Positions 12,001-19,453 of a DNA stretch of 64,000 nt are shown piece by piece. The notes beneath the pieces are model-generated. The model searched no databases. It had not been told where the DNA came from and saw only the letters and a program-made list of their open reading frames with translations. The translations under genes were made by a program, and so were the position numbers. The stretch spans positions 19,838 through 83,837 of IMG/VR virus record IMGVR_UViG_3300032220_000872. One strand, given 5' to 3'. Positions within the stretch are counted from its first letter, which is position 1. The number at the start of each line of letters is the position of its first letter. This stretch comes from a virus.

Positions 12001-13070
12001 ACACAGTGGTGGGTGATGTTTTAACTTTAGACACTGCTCCAACATTAGGTCAAACAATAAAAGTTTGGCAGTTTACCAATCATGATGTTTTAGAAATAGA
12101 ACGTATCAACTATGATATTATTGCCAGAGACACTGTAGTAGTCAACACAGAAAATTATTTTGAATATCAAAATCTTACCAATGGTATTGTAAGATTAAGA
12201 CAGAGCGCAGCAGATGCACAGTATGTTTGGGTTTCAGTGAACGGTGTGATGTTGTCTCCTAGCGTGGATTACAAAGTTTCCAATGATCAACAATATTTAA
12301 AAATTAAAAAAGTTCTACAACAGAATGATGTGTTGGACATTGTGCATTTTACAGCACCCAAATACACAACAAAATTTGGATTTAGACAGTTCAAAGACAT
12401 GTTGAATCGTACCACATACAAACGTTTGGGCAATGATAACAAATATTTCCTTGCTCAAAATTTAAATTGGAGCAGCCAAGAAATATTTTTAGATTCCACA
12501 GAAGGATTAACTGAACCCAATGTGAATTTGGGCAGACCTGGAGTGTTGTTTATTGAGGGTGAAAGAATTGAATATTTCTTAAAATACAGCAACAGAGTGG
12601 GTCAATTAAGACGAGGCACATTGGGCACTGGTATTAAGTCCACTTATGCTGCAGGCACTGAAGTTTTTGACCAATCAGCGTCGCAAACTGTGCCATACAA
12701 AGATGAAATTATCACTGAAATATTCACCAGCGATGGATCCACAGAAAATATCACTCTCAGCTGGATACCTCAATCGGTGAACGAGTTTGAAGTGTTTGTG
12801 AATGGTAGAAGATTGAGAAAAAACAGCATCAGCAGCTACAATGCCACTTTGGGCATGGATAGTCCTGAAGCAGATGTGGTATTACCCGCTGAATTCAGTG
12901 TGACGGGCACAACCACTACCTGTACTTTGTTGGTAGCACCACCAATAAATACCAAAATTATAGTGGTGCGCAAAATAGGCAAACTGTGGAATACGGACAC
13001 TCCTTTAAGCCAAACTGAGAATGACATAGCAAGATTCTTACGAGCAAAAGAAGTGAGTTTGCCGCAATAA
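1..13070 (+). CDS. Giant virion structural protein (baseplate wedge/tail-associated), 5' truncated, >4354 aa
   Basis: Frame is open to the window edge. Contains FG-GAP-like propeller repeats (FGAALDISPDGKYIVVGAP; FANRVAISGDGMFIAVGSP), CBM5/12-like repeats (YNSSTAYDVGDIVQHNEQLW), T4-like GSGY..P.ITITGGGGTGATA repeats and repeated GDGST..F modules. Lies directly upstream of tail-fibre genes. Confidence 0.75.
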   Translation, partial: KMFYYNGATWQEAQAKNTVNQAPLFDVFDDEGESFSNAAKYFSTNFLGNKVFSYRVGTGTADTELGFALSYRNVNNVGDIVYDFNLLKDSFSYQLENEIVDQSTDVGFLKQYSDRTTFENVHGWTKAKSFSKQMVIRQYLGSEQTNDFAVDVYDRSGTLSDLILKVYVDNKLLNASNYETVSINDILYVQLDLDLNSDQSIILKTHSSAVKNSNGYYEIPINLESNPLNANLNDFTFGEVVNHVDSIIEQLDSFVGINPGANNLRDLGNLTAYGTKFVQHSAPINLALYHITEKQNNVIKSVAFAQKEYDKFKKTFLQVAENSGFSGTTREHVDKIMHIINEDKNNNMPFYFSDMIPYGAAKKLSFTVFDDSNIYFALSRGFSMSTLSTKAVQVYLNGEQLYHGIDYTFNTDGFCVISKALVVNDVVEIFEYESTVGNHVPPTPTKLGLYPKYKPEIYTDNTLLDPVEVIQGHDGSIMVAYDDYRDDLLLELEKRIYNNIKISYDKDIRNIFDFVPGENRNTGYNINNINQSMSADFIRWNSMAGTLDYTDNFFYDSADNFTYNHSHMLSFAGTPLPGFWRAIYKQAYDTDRPHSHPWEMLGFSEQPTWWNQVYGPAPYTRDNLILWEDLQAGVIREPGKKLVYDSRYKRTDLLKHLPVDEDGALLSPINSNYAKNLIITLSDDQFKYGDQAPVETAWRRSSNYPFALLKSMLLNRPAHTMGVNFDASRIQKNIADEIVYTDTKKRITLSDLAFPNSRTDENLILTSGLINYVSNYIKTDVLSNYTDYQTALKGLTQQLGFKVKGFTEKEKFKLLLDSRSPLNKSNVFVPDENYDIHLNTSSPIDVLVYSGVIVEKLPAGFLVKGYDLTSPQFKYFAPLRKQDDPVKRVGGVSQSFIKWISDKVYTAGQIVQYQNQFYQTKIDHLSASKFDVTKFTKLVSLPMEGGVTAVFSRNFEKTTSVMNYGTVLPTQQEVVDFILGYAKYLESKGFVFDNFNRDINTVENWNLSAQEFMFWTTQNWKEGAVLSMSPSANKLKLQTSYSTADNVFDNFYDYAVLKADGTKIARDKLSVVRQNNDFTLSVKNTSDGIYFVKIPLIQKEHVVLIDNVTVFNDVIYDQAPGYRQDRIKVIGYVVSDWNGSLNIPGFVYDEVKIREWQAFTDYNMSDVVKYKQFYYSANDHITGSSTFKDSEWSQLTEKPVSSLKPNFEYKTNQFGDFYDLDTDNFDVEQQKLAQHLIGYQKREYLQNIINDDVAQYKFYQGFLQDKGTKNALEKLFNSLASANKDSIEFYEEWAIRTGQYGAAKGFDEVEYLLDETQFKLNPQPIALTNSPNPTDPDFVYRIKSDQTYLTSENYTHNPFPLKTNSEEYIKTAGFVDPADVNFVLKNYDEILNINTAELKFDQYVWIGFYKQSWQVYKHVKTEYKVLTVSEANNLVTVTTNLYSNVNVDDIISVTIPQQNSVQLFKVKSVALDQIVCHKNGNTVLTANDGSSYGYLGRFVSNKIANLELINVKASEQQGFKDNDLFWVENNNQGDWVTLKNKKVYAQHQDIANFNTVSDGTYGTAVAVDSSNNIMVVSDLNLGIYVYKRESDAGQFTLRQVIDPPQNIWTGTADFGAALDISPDGKYIVVGAPKASNVKTYYKGAYNSSTAYDVGDIVQHNEQLWQVSNPVLGADPSVDFTTFDAASFWSEAEFDVSENEYPVIKQMITGNYTFVGVGADHILIRASTDQYRGSAVGDTLVLYWNNLTTEYPTGNTPFNGTATGIDKTFIDGAHTIQEKVDEIISIDLLIITPTVGDTLSTDDAVGTVSYIFTQGTQAIIYLSNVEGNLADADQIRLGPIPVGDYVREITEDYDSVAGWWKIDVSSPGTTSGQTDSKRSLVVRDIIKAGDPRTAFLYFNSLDTQLSQSVLPTIITPASQLSILTYDKQFTIPGYSAFTGTIDDNRYLIRAPKAMSDVLPTATYDEVGVWFNTIQTGAPLSVIEPTALDLPFEDLNGVKEIIDVWNGFLRVLAQPDGLGTFYVPTVGDTVQDDATGSQAEVTYVKVVGFNILQIYVKNKTGSFSAGTDFGAPVNLTLIGTPNRTVGVIQRSELEDSVVGSLFVFDHGSALAPTSSSAYHYLNGLEYYLYQDITQDGVSRSASVPSSVNRDYTQVFNIPAGLGYPSAFTNQGLFLVYERLTNGNYVLNSSYTVPEQDNNTQLGSKIILRQKDAVTTLYVSSTVTVTDSGKIYFIKKSSTQNWHLSVDPHYTGLFDPSRVYYTNDLVAYNDVIFKSLTNQGPGAFIATFWEEQPEGIDYLGFVPHNPTDDSTPTLMGDSTVNINQLQNFGYTFDVNDSGSVLAVSVIDFIDSSTPTQNKVVVYRLVSGRYQYSQTLTSPDSGEDNTEFANRVAISGDGMFIAVGSPQADQVTTDAGVVYVFKQVNGVYVNTQTLTSPQPQTTEKFGTNLDFDGDTLIISSLNGDMEINFSLDNNVTYFDAGATTFNSKILDTGSVYVYENYNDVMIYADEFSVNDQDLTNFGKNVKIVDNHVYVSLPNYLNNIGSPMTEGLIFNFRKPHQSKTWTAHKSPIGAVDISKIKEIFLYNTKNKKLLQRLDYIDPVQGKIAGIAEQELYYKTSYDPAVYSIGTAGLSADAKNSWGSEQVGRLWWDLSTVKFYLANQNNIIFATNYWNKIFPGSSVDVYEWVESKYLPQEWNTLSQNNTLAAVSAGISGTTKYNNSVYVVKQVYDFISNSFSNKYYYWVKNKKTLPNVEGRKLNAYDVSRLIEDPRKQSYRFVALLSTNQFAVNNVSTLLENKDVAINFKVWTIANQNINIHNEYQLISDGVSYSRPKTEIESVWFNSLIGYDEQFRPVPDENLSAKYRYGTLRKPRQGWFVNRIEALKQVIERINSICKKNLIAYTYDISRLSELEDAPSTITRLYDLTKDTFADLAFVGTANVEQAVLNPIIVEGKIVDVFIANPGRGYRVVPTYKITDPNQSGSGAEFTLEINLSGQITSVTVNKQGNNYSTNTRIEVRKFSVLIQSDSVINGKWSVHSWDDAAEEWQRILSQSYNVNQYWNYVDWYMDGYNQFTEIDHNISDSYKLQLLDDDIGDIVKIETVGTGGWLLLEKIDNQENVDYTINYKTIGRQNGTIQFSSALYNFAQSTVGFNSTSYDVSIYDNQPITETRIILETIRDYIFVDELETEYNQLFFASLRYVFSEQSSVDWAFKTSFVKGKHNVGELLQKTLYRNDNLENYQDYIDEVKPYKTKVREYISAYESIDNSSTSVTDFDLPATYNPVTKKIEVSYAKVINNQIVGSNLTDAYPNKHWLDHVGFKITEIKIFNGGSGYLGIPVITITGGGGTGATAQAFVTNGRVTKIKLINQGSGYVSAPTVTIQGTLNTNGVQAKAVAILGDSLVKSTHIRVKFDRTTGTLLITNLNRTENFVGTGNRLKFQLKWPINLRSNKISVTVNQRTALYSEYVYNNEENNSLSYLRNKGFVTFNQPPALGSAIQIQYEIDSNVLQTQDRVNLLYEPTTGQLGQDLAQLIDGIDYGGVEVRSLDFGGGTGWDAEPYFTTTWDTYDTTYEDEVFRLDGSTNTFVLSQPLASGVNYNIYKNGVRIDDPNYGTPQPVTNPNALMKTIVGDGSTTVIQIDEQVITTVANDLIVIRKSTSDGSFLPDPDAYDTLLSGGNLAYSTATGILAQDIIVDGDGFVTPTTSKGPEELVPGQVLDTVDIQVYDRSGETGSRINSYNYKGDGSTAVFAIDSLPQSQEGVFVKVNNQILDNSAFTTNFANKTVVLNSVPANNTQINIITMSINGEKIVDTDVFTGDGSTFIFVTRAVYDVNQISYVKVNGQFATYVTEATDSGYQYVNRTLIKFAVPPAVGSVITYVIYNSTSKSFSEVTYDDFTGDGSTAVFALSTTPFNQEPLTHNVIVKVGNNILNAGYNERFNVTALREYALNSWQQPFGTVLYTDVRVFLNGVELVSPQYTWNSPNSSVILEAGVGTVGDVLKVYVISDGDYTVVGDVLTLDTAPTLGQTIKVWQFTNHDVLEIERINYDIIARDTVVVNTENYFEYQNLTNGIVRLRQSAADAQYVWVSVNGVMLSPSVDYKVSNDQQYLKIKKVLQQNDVLDIVHFTAPKYTTKFGFRQFKDMLNRTTYKRLGNDNKYFLAQNLNWSSQEIFLDSTEGLTEPNVNLGRPGVLFIEGERIEYFLKYSNRVGQLRRGTLGTGIKSTYAAGTEVFDQSASQTVPYKDEIITEIFTSDGSTENITLSWIPQSVNEFEVFVNGRRLRKNSISSYNATLGMDSPEADVVLPAEFSVTGTTTTCTLLVAPPINTKIIVVRKIGKLWNTDTPLSQTENDIARFLRAKEVSLPQ

Positions 13071-13073
13071 ATA
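13068..13073 (+). promoter_or_regulatory. TAAATA late-promoter-like motif overlapping the stop of the giant ORF
   Basis: ATAAATAC 22 nt before the ATG at 13096; AAGGA SD follows; same core recurs before many genes; resembles the T4 late promoter TATAAATA. Confidence 0.6.
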
Positions 13074-13095
13074 CACTGTACAAAAGGATAATGTA

Positions 13096-13707
13096 ATGAA
13101 CAAACTGAATGAACACAACGGCACGCTGATACAAGGACACATCAAAATACACGACCCTAAAACGGGCGAAATATTTGTCAACAAACGCAACGCCATACAC
13201 TATGAAAACATGAGCATAGCATTGGCAGAAAGTTTGGCCAATGAAGGACAAGGATTTATCAACTCTATGGTGTTCGGTACAGGTGGAACCTACATTGACC
13301 CCACAGGTATTGTGACCTATCTTACTCCCAACAGCACAGGGACTAATGCCACATTATACAATCAGACATTCAGTAAAGTGGTAGATGACAGATCAGTCAG
13401 CAACACAGATCCAGTGAGAAACAAAATTGAAACACGTCACGTGAATGGAACCAATTACACAGATATTTTAGTCACGTGTTTGTTGGACTACGGTGAACCC
13501 AGCGGTCAAGATGCTGTGGACAATGCCACAGGCACAGAAAGTTTGTATGTGTTTGATGAATTAGGATTACAAAGTTATTCTAGTTCAGGCACAGGAAGAT
13601 TATTGACACACGTGATCTTTCATCCAGTGCAAAAAAGTTTAAACAGATTAATTCAAATAGATTACACAGTAAGAATACAAAGTTTATCAGGTTTTAACGA
13701 GGTTTAA
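13096..13707 (+). CDS. Virion/baseplate-associated structural protein (203 aa)
   Basis: Clean ORF with SD between the giant structural gene and the fibres; FDELGL...LLTHVIF.PVQKSLNR.IQI.YT.RI pattern resembles phage baseplate/tail-fibre-attachment proteins. Confidence 0.6.
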   Translation: MNKLNEHNGTLIQGHIKIHDPKTGEIFVNKRNAIHYENMSIALAESLANEGQGFINSMVFGTGGTYIDPTGIVTYLTPNSTGTNATLYNQTFSKVVDDRSVSNTDPVRNKIETRHVNGTNYTDILVTCLLDYGEPSGQDAVDNATGTESLYVFDELGLQSYSSSGTGRLLTHVIFHPVQKSLNRLIQIDYTVRIQSLSGFNEV

Positions 13708-13710
13708 CGG

Positions 13711-15735
13711 ATGTCTTACACAGTTAATAGAACAGACGTGGTCAACAACGGCACAATCACAGTTGATGACGGCACGGTGAATCAACAGACCAGTTTGTCT
13801 TTGCCTGGACGTAATACCACATCGTATGGTACCATCATAGCAGAAAATTTTATACATCTTTTAGAAAATTTTGCCAAGAACACTGCTCCTGTGAACGCCA
13901 TTGAAGGCCAATTATGGTATGACACCACAGTGGGTGTGGATCAATTAAAAGTTTATGACGGCACACAGTGGGTAGCAGCAGGCGGATTAAAAAAAGCACT
14001 CACTCAACCAGCAGCTGGAGAGAGCGTGGTGGGTGACCTTTGGGTGGACACAGACAATCAACAACTGTATCTTTTCACAGGATCAGGTTGGGTATTGGTA
14101 GGACCAGAATTCAGTCAAGGATTAAGCACAGGAACCAAACCCTACACCATCACCGGCACAGACAATTTAGAATACACAGTGGTATTGATTGAAGTTCAAG
14201 CCAAACCAGTGGCTATCATCAGCACCAAGGCCTTTACTCCCAAAGCTGCCATCACAGGATTTTCTGTCATACAACCAGGATTTAATCTCAGCTCTGCCAA
14301 CATTGAAGGCTCAGGAGTGGGTAAATTTTATGGCACAGCACAAAAAGCTGAAGCATTGATTGCTGCCAACAATGAAGTGGTTTCAGGTTCAAATTTTTTA
14401 AGAAAAGACAAAGACAATATTGCTGATTTTTCTTTGACTATCAACAACAATGATGGTTTAGATGTGGGCAACAGTGCCACACTGAACATTGGTATTGAAG
14501 GTCAAGCCGGCATCATCAGTCATAAAACTGCAGGAGCCAACATAGATTTTAGAGTGAATGATCAAGGTGTCACTCGCACAGTGATGAGAATAGATTCCAC
14601 TACCAATGTAGGTATCAATAATTTAGCACCAGCTGAAGCATTAGATGTCACAGGCAATATCAAAACCAGTGGTGAACTGTATGTGGATGCAGTGACTGAT
14701 GCCAACAGCGTGAGCACAGGTGCAATGATAGTGAAGGGTGGAGTAGGCATTGCAAAAAAATTATATGTGGGAGATGATGCAACATTTCAAGACAACATCA
14801 CTGCCAGAGACATCATGCCCAACAGCAACAATACCTACAACATCGGCACAGTCAACAATAGATATTTGAACATATATGCCAACTCATTTGTGGGCAACGT
14901 GGTGGGTAACATCACAGGCACAGTGAGCGGAGCATCTGGAACCAGCAACAAATTAACCAGTCTGACCACATTTGAAATGAGTGGTGATGTGAGTGCTCCA
15001 AGTTTCACATTTGATGGTCAAACAGGCGGCACAGTAAAAAGTTTTGTGACTTCGGTCAGCAACAGTTTTATTGCCAGCAAAACTGCTCAAGCTAGTTCTT
15101 TATCCAGTGATGAATTTATTTTTAATAGAGTTTCAGGCACCACAGGAGTTTTTAAAATCAATAGAGATAATCTATTCAACGCCATTGCTAAAATACCCAC
15201 AGGCAGCGTTTTCCCTTATGCTGGATCCTCAGCGCCAGCATATTGGCTATTGTGTGATGGATCAGAAGTGTTGAGATCCACTTATCCAGAATTATTTGCA
15301 GTGATAGGCACCAGCTTTGGTACACCTCCCAGTGGAGGATCTTATTTTTTACTGCCAGACATGAGAGGCAGATTGCCTTTGGGCAAAGACAACATGGGTG
15401 GCACCGGAGCCAACAGAGTAACTGCTTCAGCTGCAGACTCAGTGGGTGGATTTGGTGGTACAGAAAGCAAAGTTATTCCCATACAAAATTTACCTGAACA
15501 CGAACATGATTTGCAAGGAGCAGCAGGTGCTCAATACTATGCTATTAGAGACGTGCCAGGCATAGGCGCAGGCGAAGTCACAGCAATCACTTATGATGCT
15601 CCCACAGGTGCAGGACAAGGTTCAGCTATCGCTACCAGCGGTGGAGTGAATAATCCTACATTGGGTCAAGCACAAGACGTGATGAACCCTTATTTGACTA
15701 TGAATTATATAATTTACACAGGACAAACACCATAA
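13711..15735 (+). CDS. Tail fibre protein with C-terminal phage tail-collar domain
   Basis: C-terminal IPTGSVFPYAGSSAPAYWLLCDG...YPELFAVIG...LPDMRGR...MNPYLTMNYII is the tail-collar signature; N-terminus shared with the next two genes. Confidence 0.85.
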   Translation: MSYTVNRTDVVNNGTITVDDGTVNQQTSLSLPGRNTTSYGTIIAENFIHLLENFAKNTAPVNAIEGQLWYDTTVGVDQLKVYDGTQWVAAGGLKKALTQPAAGESVVGDLWVDTDNQQLYLFTGSGWVLVGPEFSQGLSTGTKPYTITGTDNLEYTVVLIEVQAKPVAIISTKAFTPKAAITGFSVIQPGFNLSSANIEGSGVGKFYGTAQKAEALIAANNEVVSGSNFLRKDKDNIADFSLTINNNDGLDVGNSATLNIGIEGQAGIISHKTAGANIDFRVNDQGVTRTVMRIDSTTNVGINNLAPAEALDVTGNIKTSGELYVDAVTDANSVSTGAMIVKGGVGIAKKLYVGDDATFQDNITARDIMPNSNNTYNIGTVNNRYLNIYANSFVGNVVGNITGTVSGASGTSNKLTSLTTFEMSGDVSAPSFTFDGQTGGTVKSFVTSVSNSFIASKTAQASSLSSDEFIFNRVSGTTGVFKINRDNLFNAIAKIPTGSVFPYAGSSAPAYWLLCDGSEVLRSTYPELFAVIGTSFGTPPSGGSYFLLPDMRGRLPLGKDNMGGTGANRVTASAADSVGGFGGTESKVIPIQNLPEHEHDLQGAAGAQYYAIRDVPGIGAGEVTAITYDAPTGAGQGSAIATSGGVNNPTLGQAQDVMNPYLTMNYIIYTGQTP

Positions 15736-17927
15736 TGAGTTACAAAATAAACAAAACAGATGGTACATTGTTGGTAGATTTGATTGACGGCACAATCAAT
15801 ACTGAATCAACTGATATCACACTGATTGGAAGAAACTACAAAGGCTTTGGTGAACTGATCAACGAAAACTTTGTGAAGATGCTGGAAAATTTTGCTAGCT
15901 CATCTGCTCCAGCCAATCCTTTGCGTGGACAATTATGGTATGACACATCAGAAAGCAGATTGAAAGTTTACAATGGTACAGAATTTGCCACCAATGGTAT
16001 TATTGTAGCCAGCACACAACCTAATTTAGCCACTGGAGATATTTGGCTCAACAGTCTCACCAATCAGATGAGTTTCTTTGACGGCACTGATCTGGTGTTG
16101 GTTGGACCAGTGCATACTGCAGCACAAGGCGTGTCAGGATTTGTGTCACAAAGCATACTGGACACACAAAATCAAACCAAGACTGTGCTGAAATTTTTTG
16201 TGGGCAACACACTGATAGGTGTGTGGAGTGCTGCACAATTTACTCCAGTTTCTGCTCAATTGATTACTGAATTAGTTTCAGGAAGTAATCCCACAGGCAC
16301 AATCTATCAAGGATTCAACACCACTAATACAGCCTACAAATACAGAGGCATTGCCACACTGGCAGAAGGATTGATTGATGGATTAGGAACCACCATATTG
16401 GCTGATTCATTTTTGCGCAGTGATGCCAACGACATCACCACAGGCAGTTTAAAAATACAAAATAATTCAGGATTGACTTTGGGATTGAATGACAGTCTTC
16501 AATTAAAATTTGGCAGTGTGACTCTGCCCAACACTAACATTATTGTGAGCAATGTGAGCAATGCTGATATCGCTATCAATGCTAAAAATCCTGCAGAATA
16601 CACAGCCATATTTGTGGATGGCAGTGCTGCACGAGTGGGCATATTCAATACCACTCCTGCGTACTCATTGGACATCACAGGAGATGTGAGAATACAAGGT
16701 AATTTAATCACCAGCGGCAGCAGCACAGCAGTCACAGCAGAAGATTTAAGAGTGGAAGACAAAACCATTCAATTGGCCACCATCACTGGATCAGCCATAG
16801 GCAACGATGCCTATATAGATGGAGGTGGAATAATAATCAAGTCCACAGTGTCAGACAAATCATTGTTGTGGGAAGATTCCACAGATTCTTGGAAAAGTTC
16901 AGAACATTTTAATCTAGCCACTGGCAAAGAATACAAGATCAATGGTACCAGCGTGTTGAGCAGCACCACATTGGGTGCTACAGTGATCAACGCTCCTGGT
17001 TTAACCAGCATAGGCACGTTGACCAGTTTGAATGTGGGCAATTTATCACTGTCAGGTATCACTATCAGCGCCACAGGAAATTTACAATTACAAACCAGCA
17101 CCAACATTATCAGCATACAAGGTTCAGCCCGAATCACTGGATTAGGTTTGCCCACTGCGGCTTCAGATGCCACCAGAAAAGATTATGTGGATGGATACTT
17201 GCCTATCAGTCTAGTGGCAGACATCACAGGATTTTCCGCATTGTCAAATGGAGTGAATGGCAGCATCATAAGATTATTGAATGATCTTTACCCAGTGGCT
17301 GGATATGCTGGAGCAGGATTAGGAATACCCGCAAGTGCCACAGGTAGAATAGCTAGAGTACACACAGTGGAGTCAGGTTCATTGAACGTGAATATTCCTG
17401 GAGCAAATTTAGAATCAGGATTAGATGAATCATTCACAGCAGTGGATCAAACATTGAGCACTGCTCCCAACACAGTGCAGACCATTCAAACTTATCTCAG
17501 CGGTGCAGCATTGTTGGATCCAGGACACATTAGAATTACCACCCCATCAGGACATTTTTATGAAGTGGGCAACACAGTGACCATTTCAGGTTGTAACGGA
17601 TCAGGAGTATTTGCTCCCACAGGATTTGATGGCACATACACAGTGGCCAAAGTGATAGAAAATGCCACTCCCAGCACACAATTTGACATAAACATTTCAG
17701 CCACTATACCCGGCATAGATTCAGTGTCAGGTGCACTGTACAACACCAGCAGTGCTGCTGTGGTAAGAACACCAGCTTTGGGCAATTCTAACAAAACTGT
17801 GCTGCAAGATATTGCTTTCAGTACTGTGACAGGTACTGTGACTGCTGTGGTTAACAGAGGTCTCAAACAATTCATAGTTTCAGGGGGTGCTTGGACTTTT
17901 CACAGCGATTTAACATCCACTGTGTAA
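15735..17927 (+). CDS. Tail fibre protein (paralogous N-terminal attachment domain)
   Basis: N-terminal ENF..LENFA...P..P..GQLWYD motif shared with neighbours; G/T/S-rich beta-structured body; TAATG coupling with the upstream gene. Confidence 0.75.
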   Translation: MSYKINKTDGTLLVDLIDGTINTESTDITLIGRNYKGFGELINENFVKMLENFASSSAPANPLRGQLWYDTSESRLKVYNGTEFATNGIIVASTQPNLATGDIWLNSLTNQMSFFDGTDLVLVGPVHTAAQGVSGFVSQSILDTQNQTKTVLKFFVGNTLIGVWSAAQFTPVSAQLITELVSGSNPTGTIYQGFNTTNTAYKYRGIATLAEGLIDGLGTTILADSFLRSDANDITTGSLKIQNNSGLTLGLNDSLQLKFGSVTLPNTNIIVSNVSNADIAINAKNPAEYTAIFVDGSAARVGIFNTTPAYSLDITGDVRIQGNLITSGSSTAVTAEDLRVEDKTIQLATITGSAIGNDAYIDGGGIIIKSTVSDKSLLWEDSTDSWKSSEHFNLATGKEYKINGTSVLSSTTLGATVINAPGLTSIGTLTSLNVGNLSLSGITISATGNLQLQTSTNIISIQGSARITGLGLPTAASDATRKDYVDGYLPISLVADITGFSALSNGVNGSIIRLLNDLYPVAGYAGAGLGIPASATGRIARVHTVESGSLNVNIPGANLESGLDESFTAVDQTLSTAPNTVQTIQTYLSGAALLDPGHIRITTPSGHFYEVGNTVTISGCNGSGVFAPTGFDGTYTVAKVIENATPSTQFDINISATIPGIDSVSGALYNTSSAAVVRTPALGNSNKTVLQDIAFSTVTGTVTAVVNRGLKQFIVSGGAWTFHSDLTSTV

Positions 17928-17929
17928 GA

Positions 17930-17935
17930 TAAATA
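17930..17935 (+). promoter_or_regulatory. TAAATA late-promoter-like motif
   Basis: GATAAATA in the intergenic gap, followed by AGAGG SD and ATG at 17957. Confidence 0.6.
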
Positions 17936-17956
17936 AACTTGTAAGAGGAAAAAAAT

Positions 17957-19393
17957 ATGCCATATCAAATAGATAGATACGCAGGTACTACACTAACAAC
18001 AGTGCAAGACGGCACAGTAGACCAGACCACCAACCTAAAATTAGTGGGAAAAAACTACGCTGGCTACGGAGAAATTCAAAACGAAAATTTTGTACATTTA
18101 TTAGAAAATTTTGCAGGAGCCAATCAGCCCAGCAGACCTCTTTCAGGACAGTTATGGTACGACAGTGCTGCTAACAAATTAAAATTTTATGATGGTGTTA
18201 AATTTAGAACCACAGGTGGGGCTGAAGTAGGAACCTCACAACCAGCTGGATTAACCACTGGAGATTTTTGGTGGGACACTGCCAATGATCAGTTGTATGC
18301 TTACAATGGCACAGGATTTGTACTAGTAGGACCACAAGGAGTAGGAGCCACAGTTACTCAATTAAAAAGTCGCACAGTGAAAGATACATTCAATGTGGAT
18401 CAACCTATCATTGAAGCATTGGTGGATGATGAAGTGATTTTCATAGTGAGCGGCACAGAATTCACCATCAACACAGTGGATCCTTTGCAGGCTATCACAG
18501 GATTTAATGCAATCAAAAAAGGTATCACTATGGTGAACACCTTGGCAGCTGCCAACGGAGTTACCACCACAGATCATAGATTTTGGGGCACAGCAGCCAA
18601 CGCACTAAAATTAGGCGGAGTAGATGCTGCTAACTTTTTACAAGTGGGTGGCAATACCAGTTTCAATGACACAGGTTTCACAGTAGGTACTGGCAATGAT
18701 CTTAGAGTGAGCATCATCAATGGTAACGAAGGTAGAATTATCAACGAAGTAGGTTCAGTGATCAAAATGGGAGCCAGCAACACTCACACAGTGAGCGTGA
18801 CTGCAACAGGCTTTGAACCTAGAATAGACAGCACTTATGATATTGGAACCAATGGCAACAGATTTGCCAATGTGTTTGCTGACAATTTTTATGGACTATC
18901 AGAAAAAGCCACCAACATCACAGTGGGTGTGACCAACTATTCAGGATCCACAGCATCAGGAGTGAACACAGTGGCATTACGAGATGCTTCAGGAAATTTA
19001 TCAGCCAATATTTTCAATGGCGTGGCCACTCAAGCAAGATATGCGGATTTGGCAGAGAAATATTTGGCAGACGGCAATTGGCCCATTGGCACAGTGATGA
19101 GCATAGGCGGTGCAAAAGAAATTCAAAAAGCCACTGAAGGCAGCATAGTGGTGGGTGTGGTGAGCGGTGCTCCAGCATATTTGATGAACGCTGAATTACA
19201 AGGCGGCACTGCTGTGGCCATCAAAGGCAGAGTGCCAGTTTTGGTAACAGGCACAGTAACCAAAGGTGATAAAATTGGAGTCAGCAGCACAGCAGGAATT
19301 GGTATCAAAGTCACAGAAGGTGATTATTTTGCAGTGGCTTTGGAAGCTGACAGCAGATCAGGCGTCAAACTGGTTGAGTGCTATATCAAATAA
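17957..19393 (+). CDS. Tail fibre protein with C-terminal intramolecular-chaperone/peptidase G2-like domain
   Basis: Same N-terminal domain; C-terminal YADLAEKY...GVVS..PAYLMN...VAIKGRVPV.V.G.V.KGD signature of autocleaved fibre chaperone domains. Confidence 0.8.
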   Translation: MPYQIDRYAGTTLTTVQDGTVDQTTNLKLVGKNYAGYGEIQNENFVHLLENFAGANQPSRPLSGQLWYDSAANKLKFYDGVKFRTTGGAEVGTSQPAGLTTGDFWWDTANDQLYAYNGTGFVLVGPQGVGATVTQLKSRTVKDTFNVDQPIIEALVDDEVIFIVSGTEFTINTVDPLQAITGFNAIKKGITMVNTLAAANGVTTTDHRFWGTAANALKLGGVDAANFLQVGGNTSFNDTGFTVGTGNDLRVSIINGNEGRIINEVGSVIKMGASNTHTVSVTATGFEPRIDSTYDIGTNGNRFANVFADNFYGLSEKATNITVGVTNYSGSTASGVNTVALRDASGNLSANIFNGVATQARYADLAEKYLADGNWPIGTVMSIGGAKEIQKATEGSIVVGVVSGAPAYLMNAELQGGTAVAIKGRVPVLVTGTVTKGDKIGVSSTAGIGIKVTEGDYFAVALEADSRSGVKLVECYIK

Positions 19394-19439
19394 TAATCAA
19401 TATGATGTCTAAAATATTCATGGGACAGTTCAACCCAAC

Positions 19440-19445
19440 TAAATA
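19440..19445 (+). promoter_or_regulatory. TAAATA late-promoter-like motif, short leader
   Basis: CTAAATAC 8 nt before the ATG at 19454; no SD visible. Confidence 0.55.
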
Positions 19446-19453
19446 CTTTTAAT

